A stretch of 64,000 nt of DNA, from the NCBI GenBank assembly GCA_000002435.2, contig CM018793.1; one strand, given 5' to 3'. The notes under the pieces are model-generated. The model did not search any database. It was given only the letters and a program-made list of their open reading frames with translations, and was not told the origin of the DNA. Below are positions 9,766 through 20,300 of the stretch, piece by piece. The translations under genes and the position numbers were made by a program. Numbering within the stretch: position 1 is the first letter of the stretch; every line of letters begins with the position of its first letter. Origin of the DNA: Giardia intestinalis. Its lineage: Eukaryota.

Positions 9766-12114
9766 ATGTCTGCTCCAACAACCGCAGACCTGCTCGCACT
9801 GTTTACTTCTCGAGACCTCGGGGCACTTAGAGACAAGTATGGCAGTATAGAAGGTCTAGCAAAAGAATTGGGGTCTGACCCTGCCACAGGCCTTTTGAAA
9901 CCTACCGTTTTGCTCCATCGAAAAACCTATGGTAGCAATACAATGCCTCTTCGGCGGCCGAGAGGATATGGTTGGGCATTTCTCAGAGGTCTGAAAGACC
10001 CCGTGGTGATTGTACTAACTGTCATCTCCATTTTGTTGATTACCTTCGGATTGCTTCCGGATTATACCTATGATGTTTATGCATGGATTGACGGGGTGAT
10101 TACCCTAGTGATGCTTTTGCTACTCTTGTCTATTAATGCGGCTATTGTTTACCATAAGGACAAAGTGCTGTGGCAGGCTAACGTAAACGCCAATAAGCAT
10201 ACTGTCACTGTGGTCAGAGATGGCAGACCCCAAGATGAATCGTCTGACAGCCTTGTAGTAGGTGATGTGGTATGTCTTACTGCTGGTTCGTTTGTCCCCG
10301 CTGATGGCGTCTTGCTGATTAATACTGACGTGAAAGTGATCACTGATCTGTCTACGGTTCTAAATGGCTCATTAACGAGCACGTCCGTAACCCAAACAAC
10401 TGATCCATTCCTGAGTGCAGGAACATACATTAGCGACGCCACCGAAGAGGTGCGAATGCTCGTGCTAGTTGTTGGAGAGGCCACTATTTTAGGGAAGACT
10501 CGCTTGAGCAAGGGCTATCAGAACTTTGCAACAGACCTCCAGAAGCGTTTAGAAAAGCTTTATCGGTGGACAACAATCGGATCGCTAATAGGCTCACTGA
10601 TTATATTCCTTGTCATGGCTGTTCGATTCTTCTTGGCAGGGACGGCCAATGATAATCGACAGGTCACTACTGTAGTGCGGCAGATCTCCATTGCGCTCAT
10701 CGTCTTTATTGTTACGGCACCAGAGGCTCTTCAGATGGCACTAAGCCTTTCGTTGAGTTACAGTATGAAGACCATGTGTAAGGATGGCATCCATATAAAG
10801 AACTACGATTCCATTGAAAACCTTGCGTGCTGTACTCATCTTGTTCTTTCCACAAACACGCTTCCATCAACTCAGGACGAACTCCTTCAAGCATCTAGCG
10901 CAGGGATCAAGCTATGCTACGCCTCTTCTGACCCCCATGACATAGCTGTTAATAAGGCAAAGGTCGCTGGATTGCTGGATCAGGACTCTTCCTGTGTAGC
11001 TTCTGTGCGCGCGTCTGAGCTATTCTCTTATCCTCAGGAAACCATTAATATGAGGCTGAAGGAGACGCACGTTATCTCGGAGATAACGGCGCAAGATCTG
11101 CACCGTCTCGTATGCTTCCTTAGAAGCCCAGAGGACGTGGTTGCGTATATTGGAACAGATAACCTGCATGCTGCTGCATTGCGTACTGCCGATGTGGGAC
11201 TATCTACCAGGCTCAATGGGACGGATCTCTGCAAAGACAGTTCAGATATTGTGCTTGAGCAGGGTAGCTTTTCTGATCTTATTGAGGCTATCCGCTGGGG
11301 CAGCAACATTGTGCACAATGTAAGGAAGTTTATCCAGTTTCAATATACTGCGGGCGTACTGGTCATCCTCCTCACGCTCCTGTCCTCTGCAATCTTCAAC
11401 ATAATACTTTTCTCTGCTGCTCAGCTGCTCTACATCAACCTTGTCATAGATGCTCTGGCTGCGTTCGCTTTTGGAGGTGAGCCTCCGCACCGCACGGGTA
11501 GTGTTCCTCCACTATTGAGGAGGACCTATAAAATTTTCAATCCGTCCATGACGAGAAATATATACATCTCGGCTCTCTTTACCCTAGTGTCATGCATCCT
11601 AGCACTTATTCCCGATGTTGCAGATAAGCTTTTTGGAATCCCTAGTCGACTGGGCGGTCCCTCTGCCACAGAGGACGAGTTTGCACTGGCGCTGGCTAAT
11701 AGCTTCAAGCAGACGTGTGCATACAACATCCTCGTTATCTCGCTTATTTTTAATATGTTTTGGGCAAGAACTACGTATAGGGAGATGAATGTGTTTGTTT
11801 ACATTAAAAAGTCCATCAATATGTGGATTGTTATTGCAGTGATTGCATGTACCCATGTCGTAGTCATGATGGTTCCTGGGGTGACTTTTGTTTTCAAGAC
11901 ATTTAACTGTCTAGGCGACTCGTGTCTTTTAGGCGGAGCCAATGGGGTCGTTCCGCACCCCCTGAAGTTTTTTAGTATAGGATGGCAAGGGTGGATTGTG
12001 ACTCTTGTATTAGGTGCTCTCGTTTTGCCTTGCAACCTGCTTTTTAGATTGCTTCCAATGGCACGGGAGTACGGGTATAGAGGAGCAGGGGGCGTTTCTG
12101 CCTCCAAGCTGTAG
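9766..12114 (+). CDS. Degenerate PMCA-like paralog (probable pseudo-ATPase) in tandem with the pump
   Basis: The N-terminus (MSAPTTADLLALF...GSIEGLAKELGSDPATGL) and the TM regions (TAPEALQMALSLSLSYSMKTM, NVRKFIQFQYT) align with the upstream PMCA. TGES is replaced by NGSL. The SDKTGTLT site is replaced by LSTNTLPS, so the phospho-aspartate is lost. The GDGSNDAP hinge is IGTDNLHA. The N-domain is ~230 aa shorter. ATG start with TAAAAAAATG initiator. Confidence 0.7.
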   Translation: MSAPTTADLLALFTSRDLGALRDKYGSIEGLAKELGSDPATGLLKPTVLLHRKTYGSNTMPLRRPRGYGWAFLRGLKDPVVIVLTVISILLITFGLLPDYTYDVYAWIDGVITLVMLLLLLSINAAIVYHKDKVLWQANVNANKHTVTVVRDGRPQDESSDSLVVGDVVCLTAGSFVPADGVLLINTDVKVITDLSTVLNGSLTSTSVTQTTDPFLSAGTYISDATEEVRMLVLVVGEATILGKTRLSKGYQNFATDLQKRLEKLYRWTTIGSLIGSLIIFLVMAVRFFLAGTANDNRQVTTVVRQISIALIVFIVTAPEALQMALSLSLSYSMKTMCKDGIHIKNYDSIENLACCTHLVLSTNTLPSTQDELLQASSAGIKLCYASSDPHDIAVNKAKVAGLLDQDSSCVASVRASELFSYPQETINMRLKETHVISEITAQDLHRLVCFLRSPEDVVAYIGTDNLHAAALRTADVGLSTRLNGTDLCKDSSDIVLEQGSFSDLIEAIRWGSNIVHNVRKFIQFQYTAGVLVILLTLLSSAIFNIILFSAAQLLYINLVIDALAAFAFGGEPPHRTGSVPPLLRRTYKIFNPSMTRNIYISALFTLVSCILALIPDVADKLFGIPSRLGGPSATEDEFALALANSFKQTCAYNILVISLIFNMFWARTTYREMNVFVYIKKSINMWIVIAVIACTHVVVMMVPGVTFVFKTFNCLGDSCLLGGANGVVPHPLKFFSIGWQGWIVTLVLGALVLPCNLLFRLLPMAREYGYRGAGGVSASKL

Positions 12115-12146
12115 TCTACTGTAAACGCCAGTTGATATTTAAAACT

Positions 12147-12899
12147 ATGGGTAAGCACCAGCGGTTGGTTCCCATCCTTGCATCAATAGGCTTGGTGTCT
12201 TCGACCACCATTATCTGTCTCCTTGCTTTCCGACACGATATGGTTCTAGAGTTTCTCGGGCTTACATACTTCGTCAACATGATTGGTCTTTTGCCTATAT
12301 TATCCATTCTCTACTTTATCGGCATGTTCTGTTATGGAGCATCGAACTCCATACACAGGAATTTCACAAGTACAGCTGCATGCACAATCTTTCTAATTTC
12401 AATTGTCATGCAGATCATTGAGCTGTCTTTGTTACAGTCCTCAGCATCCAGCATGCTGTATCTCCTAACAGCCACTCTCGGTATTGCGGCGTCCCTGGTG
12501 TCTGCACTGCATCAATCGCCGTCAATATTATTTACCTTTATTGTAAAAGCGGTTCCGTTAACAAACGCAGCTTACTCTGTACTACAGTTCTCGTTGTTGA
12601 AGAAAAACGATGTGGTACTCCTGATCGCTAATGCATGCCTGGCATCGGTCGCATTTTTTGTAGTATCAGTTCTTCCATTGGCAGCACTTGCAGTGGGGAA
12701 CGTTTTAATATATGTCGACTACTCTGGTCAGGCCCTAGGCTCAACGGCGATGTCTGCAGCTACGATTGAGGCATCTCTGACAGCCATTCTAGCAGCCATG
12801 GAGGTCATCAAGTACACAAACATTCGGAAGGAAATATTGATGGATATCAAGCAGAAGCAGCAGCGCGGCGTGCCTAACTCGTACGCAACAATGGATTAG
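12147..12899 (+). CDS. Hypothetical polytopic membrane protein (about 6-7 predicted TM helices)
   Basis: Uninterrupted ORF with multiple 20-aa hydrophobic stretches (LVPILASIGLVSSTTIICLLAF, IGLLPILSILYFIGMF, LIANACLASVAFFVVSVLPLAALAVG). ATG at 12147 is preceded by GATATTTAAAACT; the track start at 12132 is TTG. No recognisable family. Confidence 0.4.
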   Translation: MGKHQRLVPILASIGLVSSTTIICLLAFRHDMVLEFLGLTYFVNMIGLLPILSILYFIGMFCYGASNSIHRNFTSTAACTIFLISIVMQIIELSLLQSSASSMLYLLTATLGIAASLVSALHQSPSILFTFIVKAVPLTNAAYSVLQFSLLKKNDVVLLIANACLASVAFFVVSVLPLAALAVGNVLIYVDYSGQALGSTAMSAATIEASLTAILAAMEVIKYTNIRKEILMDIKQKQQRGVPNSYATMD

Positions 12900-12947
12900 A
12901 TGCACAGAAGGCAGCAGCTGCACCAAGAGTAAATAGCTAGAGTGAGG

Positions 12948-13856
12948 TTAGAGACCAGAAGCATAAGTATACTGTCCGATAGTCTCGAGTGCTCGATGCA
13001 TCGATGACCCGCTGAAGATAGTCTTGTATATTCCTCGCTTCAGCGAGGACAGCTCTAGCACCTTGCGAAGGATCGGAACAAGCCGAAGAAGCTCTAGATC
13101 ATCTTCTTCGCCGCTGAAGGGGGGTATAGGATAGGCTAGTTCCACATTCAGAGCATAGGAAACCGGATTGTCATCTACAATGATCATATCTGACAGGGGG
13201 CGCCCCAGCTTAGCCAGGTTCTTTACCAGGGAGCCATCTATCATGTCGCATGCACCTCTGTACAGGACAACATCTGCGTAACGATCTATCTCAGTAGCTC
13301 TGATTCTCGGCTCTGCGTATGATTCCATTGCTGCGGTCCAAATGATAACCTCAAAGACAGTCGAGGCCCACCCAAGGAAGTCCAACGCATATGGTCGCAG
13401 ATAGAGATAACGGTATGTGGACTCTTCTCCCATGTCGAAGTAGTCCAAGGGCGTATTCAGAAGCTCCGCAGACGTATAGAATAAGGTCGCATCGAGATCA
13501 AGAACTAGCGTTGGCCTGCCCTTCTTACGAACATTGGGAGGAAGCAGCGCCAAATGATCAGATTGGTCCACGTGTCCGCCATTCGCAGAAGAGTTCGCCA
13601 TCCTCTGCAGCGCTACAAACGCATTAGCCCATGTTTCCACTGCGTCGGAGGTCCGGATGCTTTGCAGAAAGAAATCGTGCCTATTAAGAAGATTGCTAGG
13701 GATGGGTACGAATCGTTGGGTACGCGGGCTGTACAAAGGGGCCGAATCCAGCTTATCGATGTTAATCAAGAAGCGAGTTATAGGGATGACTCCCTCGACC
13801 TCGCGCTTCCGACCTTTCATGGCCTTCCGGGATTTGGCGGGCTTTCGGAGAGACAT
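12948..13856 (-). CDS. CTD small phosphatase-like / NIF-domain HAD phosphatase (FCP1/SCP/Dullard family)
   Basis: The HAD DxDx(T/V) motif is present in LVLDLDATLFYTS. The downstream block LYLRPYALDFLGWAST...IWTAA and the motif IVDDNPVSYALN match the NIF family. ATG at 13856 has an AT-rich initiator. Confidence 0.6.
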   Translation of the reverse strand: MSLRKPAKSRKAMKGRKREVEGVIPITRFLINIDKLDSAPLYSPRTQRFVPIPSNLLNRHDFFLQSIRTSDAVETWANAFVALQRMANSSANGGHVDQSDHLALLPPNVRKKGRPTLVLDLDATLFYTSAELLNTPLDYFDMGEESTYRYLYLRPYALDFLGWASTVFEVIIWTAAMESYAEPRIRATEIDRYADVVLYRGACDMIDGSLVKNLAKLGRPLSDMIIVDDNPVSYALNVELAYPIPPFSGEEDDLELLRLVPILRKVLELSSLKRGIYKTIFSGSSMHRALETIGQYTYASGL

Positions 13857-13881
13857 TTTAATGAAAATTTTTTAATTGACT

Positions 13882-14766
13882 ATGGCACAGTACACACCCG
13901 GGGTCCAGGTAGAGACCGTACCCATGGGTAAGATTCATACAGCAGCAGCGGGAGCTGTACTAGACATATGCACAGACCCGTATAGCCAGATGGTTGCGAC
14001 AGCTAGTTCTGACGGAACTATTCGCATCTATTCAGCAAACACAGGAGATTCGGGGGTAGCAACAGATGCTGTCTTTTGCCTCACACATCACAGGGCTTCG
14101 GTTTGTCGCGTAGTTTGGGTTCCTCCGGCTTATGGGAACTTTATCATCAGTGCAGGGCATGACGGCCTCCTCCTTGTTTGGCAGAAGCTAGACGGGGGCT
14201 GGCGTATCGGTGCAGAGCACAAGTTCCAGCAACCGATAGCTGACATTTCTGTTCTGAATGATAACGTGTTTGTAGCATCTCTTGATGGTAGTCTGCACTA
14301 CTGCAAAGCGTACTTTCAACAAAACCCAGCCATTGATTGCATCGGATCCACAACCTGTAAGTTCGTACCCTTGGCAATAGATGCCCGTCCTGTTGGTGAT
14401 CAATTTCAGGTCGCATGCGGGCTCTTGTCGGGGTTTCTAACCATTTTTCTCGTTGCAGGATCGGGGGAGTTCATAGAGCAGGAGTACTGCCAGTTGATCC
14501 AGACTCCTTCACCAATTCGATCCGTTGCCTGGGGGAGTGCGCTACTTAATCCATACGGCTCGCTGGCTGTCGGCTACGAGACGGGAGAACTGCTCATATA
14601 CAAGGCTATTACAGGAGAGAAGGTCGAACTAAGCACAGCTGTGTACACCAAAACCGTTGAAAGGCCCTTGTGTCGGGTCAGATACGGTCCCACAGGTGCA
14701 GTTCTTGCAATTGCGTATGGAGATGGAAAATCAGAGCTGATCAATCCCTTTATAAACTCCAAGTAA
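13882..14766 (+). CDS. WD40-repeat protein, Sec13/Seh1-like
   Basis: MVATASSDGTIRIYSANTGDSG and HRASVCRVVWVPPAYGNFIISAGHDGLLLVWQ follow the Sec13 pattern (ATCSSDxxIKIF ... VWQVAWAHPxYGNILASCSYDRKVIIW). Length ~295 aa. ATG at 13882 with TTTTAATTGACTATG; track start 13876 is TTG. Confidence 0.5.
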   Translation: MAQYTPGVQVETVPMGKIHTAAAGAVLDICTDPYSQMVATASSDGTIRIYSANTGDSGVATDAVFCLTHHRASVCRVVWVPPAYGNFIISAGHDGLLLVWQKLDGGWRIGAEHKFQQPIADISVLNDNVFVASLDGSLHYCKAYFQQNPAIDCIGSTTCKFVPLAIDARPVGDQFQVACGLLSGFLTIFLVAGSGEFIEQEYCQLIQTPSPIRSVAWGSALLNPYGSLAVGYETGELLIYKAITGEKVELSTAVYTKTVERPLCRVRYGPTGAVLAIAYGDGKSELINPFINSK

Positions 14767-14938
14767 ACCAATCTTACCTCAAAACCAAGGCAGAGAGTGC
14801 CAGTGATTACCCCAGTGGGTGACGCACAAGGTCTTTTAGGGCGCAGCTTACAGGCCATACCGCTACAGTGGTATACGCAAACAGCACGCGTGAAAATTAA
14901 TGGAAATTGAGTAACTCTCTTAAAAATTACTTTCCATT

Positions 14939-17032
14939 ATGAGTAATACCCAATCGACGTTTAACGCGCTGCCCTCTGGGAATGATAGTCATGAGGTCAG
15001 TGCTTCTTCACCAGACCACTGGCTTGCTGATCAAGGAGATGAAATTGGCAAAGGGGTACACGGAGTTATATACTCCTTCAAGAGTGACTCGAGTCTGGTT
15101 CTGAAGGAGATTCTGAATGATCACGTCTCAACAGCGACCTTTAAAACACTGCTCGAGAGGCTGCGCACGTTTGCTACCCTGAAGCACCCGAACATAGTCG
15201 ATTGTCAGGGCGTTCTTGAAACAGATATCTCTGTGTATCTAAGGATGAAGCGCTATGGGACGTCTCTCGATGCCATCTGCCGCTCATACAGACGAAAAAA
15301 GCAGACGTTCCCACAAAGGTTGATATTTTCAATCATACGACAAGTAGCCATGGGGCTAGCGCATCTTCACAAGTGGACTGGAAGCGCTGCAAATGGAGAC
15401 TCTGTTTCTTCGTTTGTGCACGGAAACTTAAAGCCTACTAACATATTAGCAAATAAGGATGAGTCCGATTTCGTCATATCAGACGCAGGGATATACGGAG
15501 GTGAGTTAGAGGACTTTAGTTCCACCCTTGGCTTAGCGCAGATGTACATGGCTCCTGAAACGCTCCTCCACGAACAATACTTTCCTGAGTCCGATATTTG
15601 GAGCCTAGGGGTCATCCTCTATGAGCTAGCGACTGGAACTAAGATTCCCTTTCTGAAGAGTGACACACCGAAGAACGTTTTTGTGGAGGGTTGGACGCCG
15701 GATTTGAGCGAGGTTAGGGACCCTGTATTCAAAGCTATCCTCGAACACATCTTTACCTTAGATCCACACGCCCGCCTCACTGCCGACGAGCTTGTGGGTC
15801 TTCTCCACGAAAGCATTCCTCCCATTTGTGTCACATATATGTTAACAACGAGGCGTTTGGAACGTGACCTGAGAGAATGCAAGCAACAGATAGACTCGCT
15901 TAGTCGCGATAACCTGGAACTAAGGACTCAGCTAGCTAACTTAGCAACAACAACAGTACCAGTGCATCACACAGTTGTTGGCCCATCTGCTGGGAAGCAA
16001 GAAGTCAAAGCGCAACAGGGACAAGGGAAGCCCCTTTTCCCACCTAAACTAAAATCTACCACACTTACAAAACTAATGGCTGCCGCACGGAGTAATAATG
16101 TTGCCGTCGCTAAACCGTTAATACTTTCCAAGACAGACGTGTGTGCTAAAGATGATCTTGGGATGACGGCTCTTATGCATGCTGCACGGACTCAGAGTCT
16201 TGACGTGGCAAAGCTGCTTGTATGCCTTGAACGAGGCATGCAGGACTATACCGGGAAGACTGCCTTGATCCATGCAGCTATCGATGGGCGGCTAACAATG
16301 GTCAAGTACCTACTTGAGCACGAAAAGACATTGAGTGACGTCCATGGAATAACCGCATTAATGTATGCGGTCATCTATGGCCACAGAAAACTAGTTACCA
16401 TTCTAAAGGACGAGGAGTGCAGATTACAAGACAATGAGGGCCAGACTGCGCTGATGTATGCAGCAGACAACAATAACTGTGGCATCATCAATATCCTAGC
16501 CCAGCATGAAGCTATGGTGAAGGACAACAACGGGCACACAGCCTTTCTGCATGCATTGCTGCGTGGACACAAGGAGGCAGCAACCCTGCTCTTGCAGTAT
16601 GATGATCCAGTAGACGATATTGGCCGCACGGCTCTCATGCGTGCCGTAGACGAAGACAACCTTGATCTTCTACCCTTTCTTATTCCTTTGCAGAAGGGGC
16701 TTAGGACTCTGAGCGAAGAGGCTATAGGCAGTTACTTCGTCACTGGGAGGACTGCACTAATGGGTGCAAGCATATGCAACAATCTGGAGGCAATTAGATT
16801 GCTTGTAGAGCACGAAGCGCAAATTCAAGACTCTAATGGATATACTGCTCTTATGTTTGCCGCCCAAGCCGCCAATTATGAGGCGACGCAGATACTTCTG
16901 CCATATGAGCAGGGGATCAGAAACGCTCAGGGCAAAACGGCGGCTATTCTCGCAGAGGAATGCAACTGTCGCGAAATTATAAACTTAATGAAGCCATACA
17001 GGGAGGAGATTGATAGTTTAAAAGATCATTGA
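14939..17032 (+). CDS. NEK-family protein kinase with C-terminal ankyrin repeats; predicted catalytically inactive
   Basis: The kinase fold is present: G-loop IGKGVHG, VAIK-like LVLKEI, APE (YMAPE), and DIWSLGVILYEL. HRD is replaced by HGN (HGNLKPTNIL) and DFG by DAG (ISDAGIYG). The C-terminal half has >8 ankyrin repeats (GMTALMHAARTQSLDVAKLLV, GKTALIHAAIDGRLTMVKYLLEH, GQTALMYAADNNNCGIINIL, and others). Confidence 0.8.
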   Translation: MSNTQSTFNALPSGNDSHEVSASSPDHWLADQGDEIGKGVHGVIYSFKSDSSLVLKEILNDHVSTATFKTLLERLRTFATLKHPNIVDCQGVLETDISVYLRMKRYGTSLDAICRSYRRKKQTFPQRLIFSIIRQVAMGLAHLHKWTGSAANGDSVSSFVHGNLKPTNILANKDESDFVISDAGIYGGELEDFSSTLGLAQMYMAPETLLHEQYFPESDIWSLGVILYELATGTKIPFLKSDTPKNVFVEGWTPDLSEVRDPVFKAILEHIFTLDPHARLTADELVGLLHESIPPICVTYMLTTRRLERDLRECKQQIDSLSRDNLELRTQLANLATTTVPVHHTVVGPSAGKQEVKAQQGQGKPLFPPKLKSTTLTKLMAAARSNNVAVAKPLILSKTDVCAKDDLGMTALMHAARTQSLDVAKLLVCLERGMQDYTGKTALIHAAIDGRLTMVKYLLEHEKTLSDVHGITALMYAVIYGHRKLVTILKDEECRLQDNEGQTALMYAADNNNCGIINILAQHEAMVKDNNGHTAFLHALLRGHKEAATLLLQYDDPVDDIGRTALMRAVDEDNLDLLPFLIPLQKGLRTLSEEAIGSYFVTGRTALMGASICNNLEAIRLLVEHEAQIQDSNGYTALMFAAQAANYEATQILLPYEQGIRNAQGKTAAILAEECNCREIINLMKPYREEIDSLKDH

Positions 17033-17311
17033 CTCTTCGGCTACCTGCGCGCGAATCCCAAGTAGCATTTTTCTACCTCTAGGTCATGCTCCTATGCACT
17101 GGACCAGAGCCTAGGGGGAGCTAACTTACAACATGTACTAAGCACAGATTCTGTACAGAGCATCTGTGTATGATGATTGGCTGTGTAAGAGAGTACAATC
17201 CGAGTGTTTATTATAGAATGATACAATGCGTTCTATATAGAGCTAAGTTAATAGAGTACAGCCCAGCAGCTTCGTCACTTATCAGGAAGGCCTGCGACAT
17301 CACTGATCTTC

Positions 17312-20300
17312 TCATGATCCCTCATCTATTCCTGCGTCAATACAGTAGGCAACATACTCTAGTGACGGTTGTGTCAAAGATTCATTGACAGTGAGCTCGG
17401 ACACATCGTTAATATGAGTGTAGTCATTGCTGTCTACGCAGACCTTGGAAACGGGGATTCTTGAATCCAGGGAGCTAACAGTCGAAGTCAGTAGCATGGC
17501 AGCGCGGGCGACATTGTCCCTTTGGAGTCCTTCATACTCCTCCACTAGTCCATTAACGAGTAGCTGCATTTCTATTTCATCAGTCCAAGTGCGAGAGATG
17601 TGTGTTGTTGCATTTTGTACAGAAATGGTTCTCGCCACATTCTGGGCTACAGCCTGAGGATACCGGGACTTGCTGTCTAGGAGCATATGCCGAACTGCTC
17701 GGGAAATGGCCAATGGACAATACGCCATGAGTATTTGAAGGCTCAAGGTGTGTACCAAGCTCTGTCCAATCGTCGCTCTGGGATGTGACGTCAGCTGGGT
17801 GTCAAAGTGCTCAGTATGAGGAGAGCACCTATGCAAGTCTTGTACAGATTGTCCTGTAGCTAGACTTTTAATTATAATTGACCGGAGGCAAAGCTCCTTG
17901 AAGGCAGAGGTGTCTCCGTACATGTCTGGAGTACTCAGAGGGGCGAACGAGATGACCTCTCCCGTTGAGAAGTCATAAGCTTCCTCGGCCAGCTGCATCT
18001 TTGGAAGATTGAATAGTTCATGAAGAATGAGCCTCTGTGCAATGCCGATAGAGACTGCCTTTCGCACTCCAAAAAGCTTCCGATAATTGTACTGAAACGT
18101 TGCAGCAGAACAACCTGCGAACTTGTCAACATAGGTTGTTTGCTTGCAGTGATAAACGTGCACATTTCTCGAAATATTGATGTACTTTTCCCAGAATATT
18201 ACGTGAGACGATGGATTTATAGCTCCGTTGACTATATTTGACGCATCCTTGTAAAGACCCATTCTCAGCGGAACAGCGTAGGGCATAAGCACAGAGAGAC
18301 AATCGATGATGTACGGATTGTTCGGTATTTCAAGAACCAAATAGTCCACAGTCCCTCCAAACCTATATGATACATTTGACATGCTCAACTTGACTATTGG
18401 CAGGCCAGAAATGAACAAGATGATGGGTCCAATTGGCCTTTTGCAGTAGCTGGAGGTGTGTATGAGATATGAGAGAACGTTGTCGGTGAGGCTATTGCCG
18501 ACACCACTAGAGATGTGGTCTGTGCGGTTATTGTATGCTGGCATGGCAAATGATGGGTCTGGAGTAGGTAGGACACCACTGAAGCTGTCGATGTCGAAGT
18601 GGGTTGCTGAACTGATAGAGTTCTCAGCGTACAGAAGTCCGTCGTCATAGAAGAACCCCCCGATGATGTCCGTAAGCAATGGAGATGTTGTTGCCCCAGC
18701 CTGAGGGTTATGGCACCCTAGAGACGCATCAACTACCTGGGATGCTCTAAAGCGCCGTGTATTTATGGACGGGATGCCCCAGAACTCGGTGCTTTCGAGG
18801 TTTCTCTGCACCACTAGATCCCTGAGGTAGCACATATAATCGTGGACATACGTTTCAAAGAATTTAAAAACCACATCGGAGGAGCCACCGTTTTGTGCCT
18901 GCATGTTAATGATTCTATCTATACACTCTATGAGCTGTTGCCTCGCTTGGAACTTCTCTGAAATGAGATTCTTATAGCTTACTAGGAAGGTCTTATTCTT
19001 CCCGAGAAAGATCTCATAATTATGTGCGACCAGGTGGGAATGGAGCTTTTTCGTAATAGAATAATACCAGGGTGCAGTGCCGGCAGAGATGCCATCAAAC
19101 GCAGCAATGAGAGAGATAGATTCATTCTCCAGCGTCGTTGATATTCTGTAAATCGAGTATGCAAAGACAAAAAGCAGGAAGCCGAAGCCTAATAACATGG
19201 ACAGTGCCTTGTCTGCCGCGCTTCTCTCTCCCACCGACCTGGAGGAACAAGCATTCCGCACACACAGCTCTACTTCCAGTATCAGTGCAAGCAAAATATC
19301 GTACACCACCTTCTTTCTTTTCTCCTGGACGTCATACGAAACAAGCTGTGTGATCTTCCCGATAAATATTTGCTGAAGAGACAACAGTTGGTCTATGTTT
19401 TCAACGTCCTCAGTAGAGGTCTTGCTAGCGCGGGCTTCGGAAGAGTTGCCTCTCACATGAAGAAGATAGAGCCATAAACTCAGCCCATCGTGGTCTGTTT
19501 TGTATTGCATAGAATTAGGTGCTATTTTCCTAAGCAAAGGCTGCCTCTTAGCTAGTTCGGACAAAGCTGAAAGAACATCAAACCGATAGGATGAATCAAG
19601 GTATGTGATTTCCTTAGTATAGGCGTCTGCTTCGCAGAGAAGTACCAACAAGATCTCCCAGTACTTAATCTGTCGTAGTAATGAGATGCTTGCTTGATGA
19701 GTGTCGTCTTGTATAGGGCTTGACTTTATTAGGTAGTTTCGCACCTTCAATATATCAATCCCGAGGATGAACGTCAGTTCAACGAACAGTCGGGGACTCA
19801 CGTGATAGGATGGGAAGGCAGTGTAATTGCCATCCTTAAGCAGAACTGGGTATTGTCTGTCACAATCACTATACATATTGATTAGCAATCCAGTAAGAAA
19901 TCCCAACCTAGCAACAGAGTTATGCCTTGAGATGCGAGGGTAGAATGAAATAGTGCAGAAAATGCGTCGATAGTTGTACGCAATGTGATGAGGATGAATG
20001 TGCATGACCGAAGTTATCAGTGTGTACAGCAAAATGCTGTCTAGCATTGACCACTGCCCATACTGTGGCTTTAAAAAGACAGAGAAGACAGAAGAGCTTG
20101 ACAGACCATCGTACAGGTTTGCGATAGCAGGGCCACACTCCATATAAAAGACGGATGGAGGCATTAAAATAAAGTTTAGCATGCTATTAAAAGTTCCCAA
20201 GGCTGCACGGTCCCTGGACTCGCAGAATCGGCTTTCCAGAATGTTCCTATAATATCGTAACATAGTAGTACGCCTTTTAATGGTAGAGTCGTCGCCCTGC

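Noticed and set aside
9766..12114. Calling the second P-type ATPase a functional second Ca2+ pump
   Set aside because: The phosphorylation-site Asp, TGES and the hinge GDGxNDxP are all missing. It was annotated as a degenerate paralog instead.
15425..15445. ACTAACATATTAG branch-point-like string
   Set aside because: It lies in frame inside the conserved kinase catalytic loop (PTNILANK). It does not match the fused ACTAACACACAG acceptor, and no donor is nearby. It is a coincidence.
17100..17140. TACTAAGCACAG in the NEK/giant-gene convergent spacer, resembling an intron 3' end
   Set aside because: It deviates from the consensus, having G instead of C and one base fewer. No coding sequence follows on either strand. 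The region is a 3' UTR.
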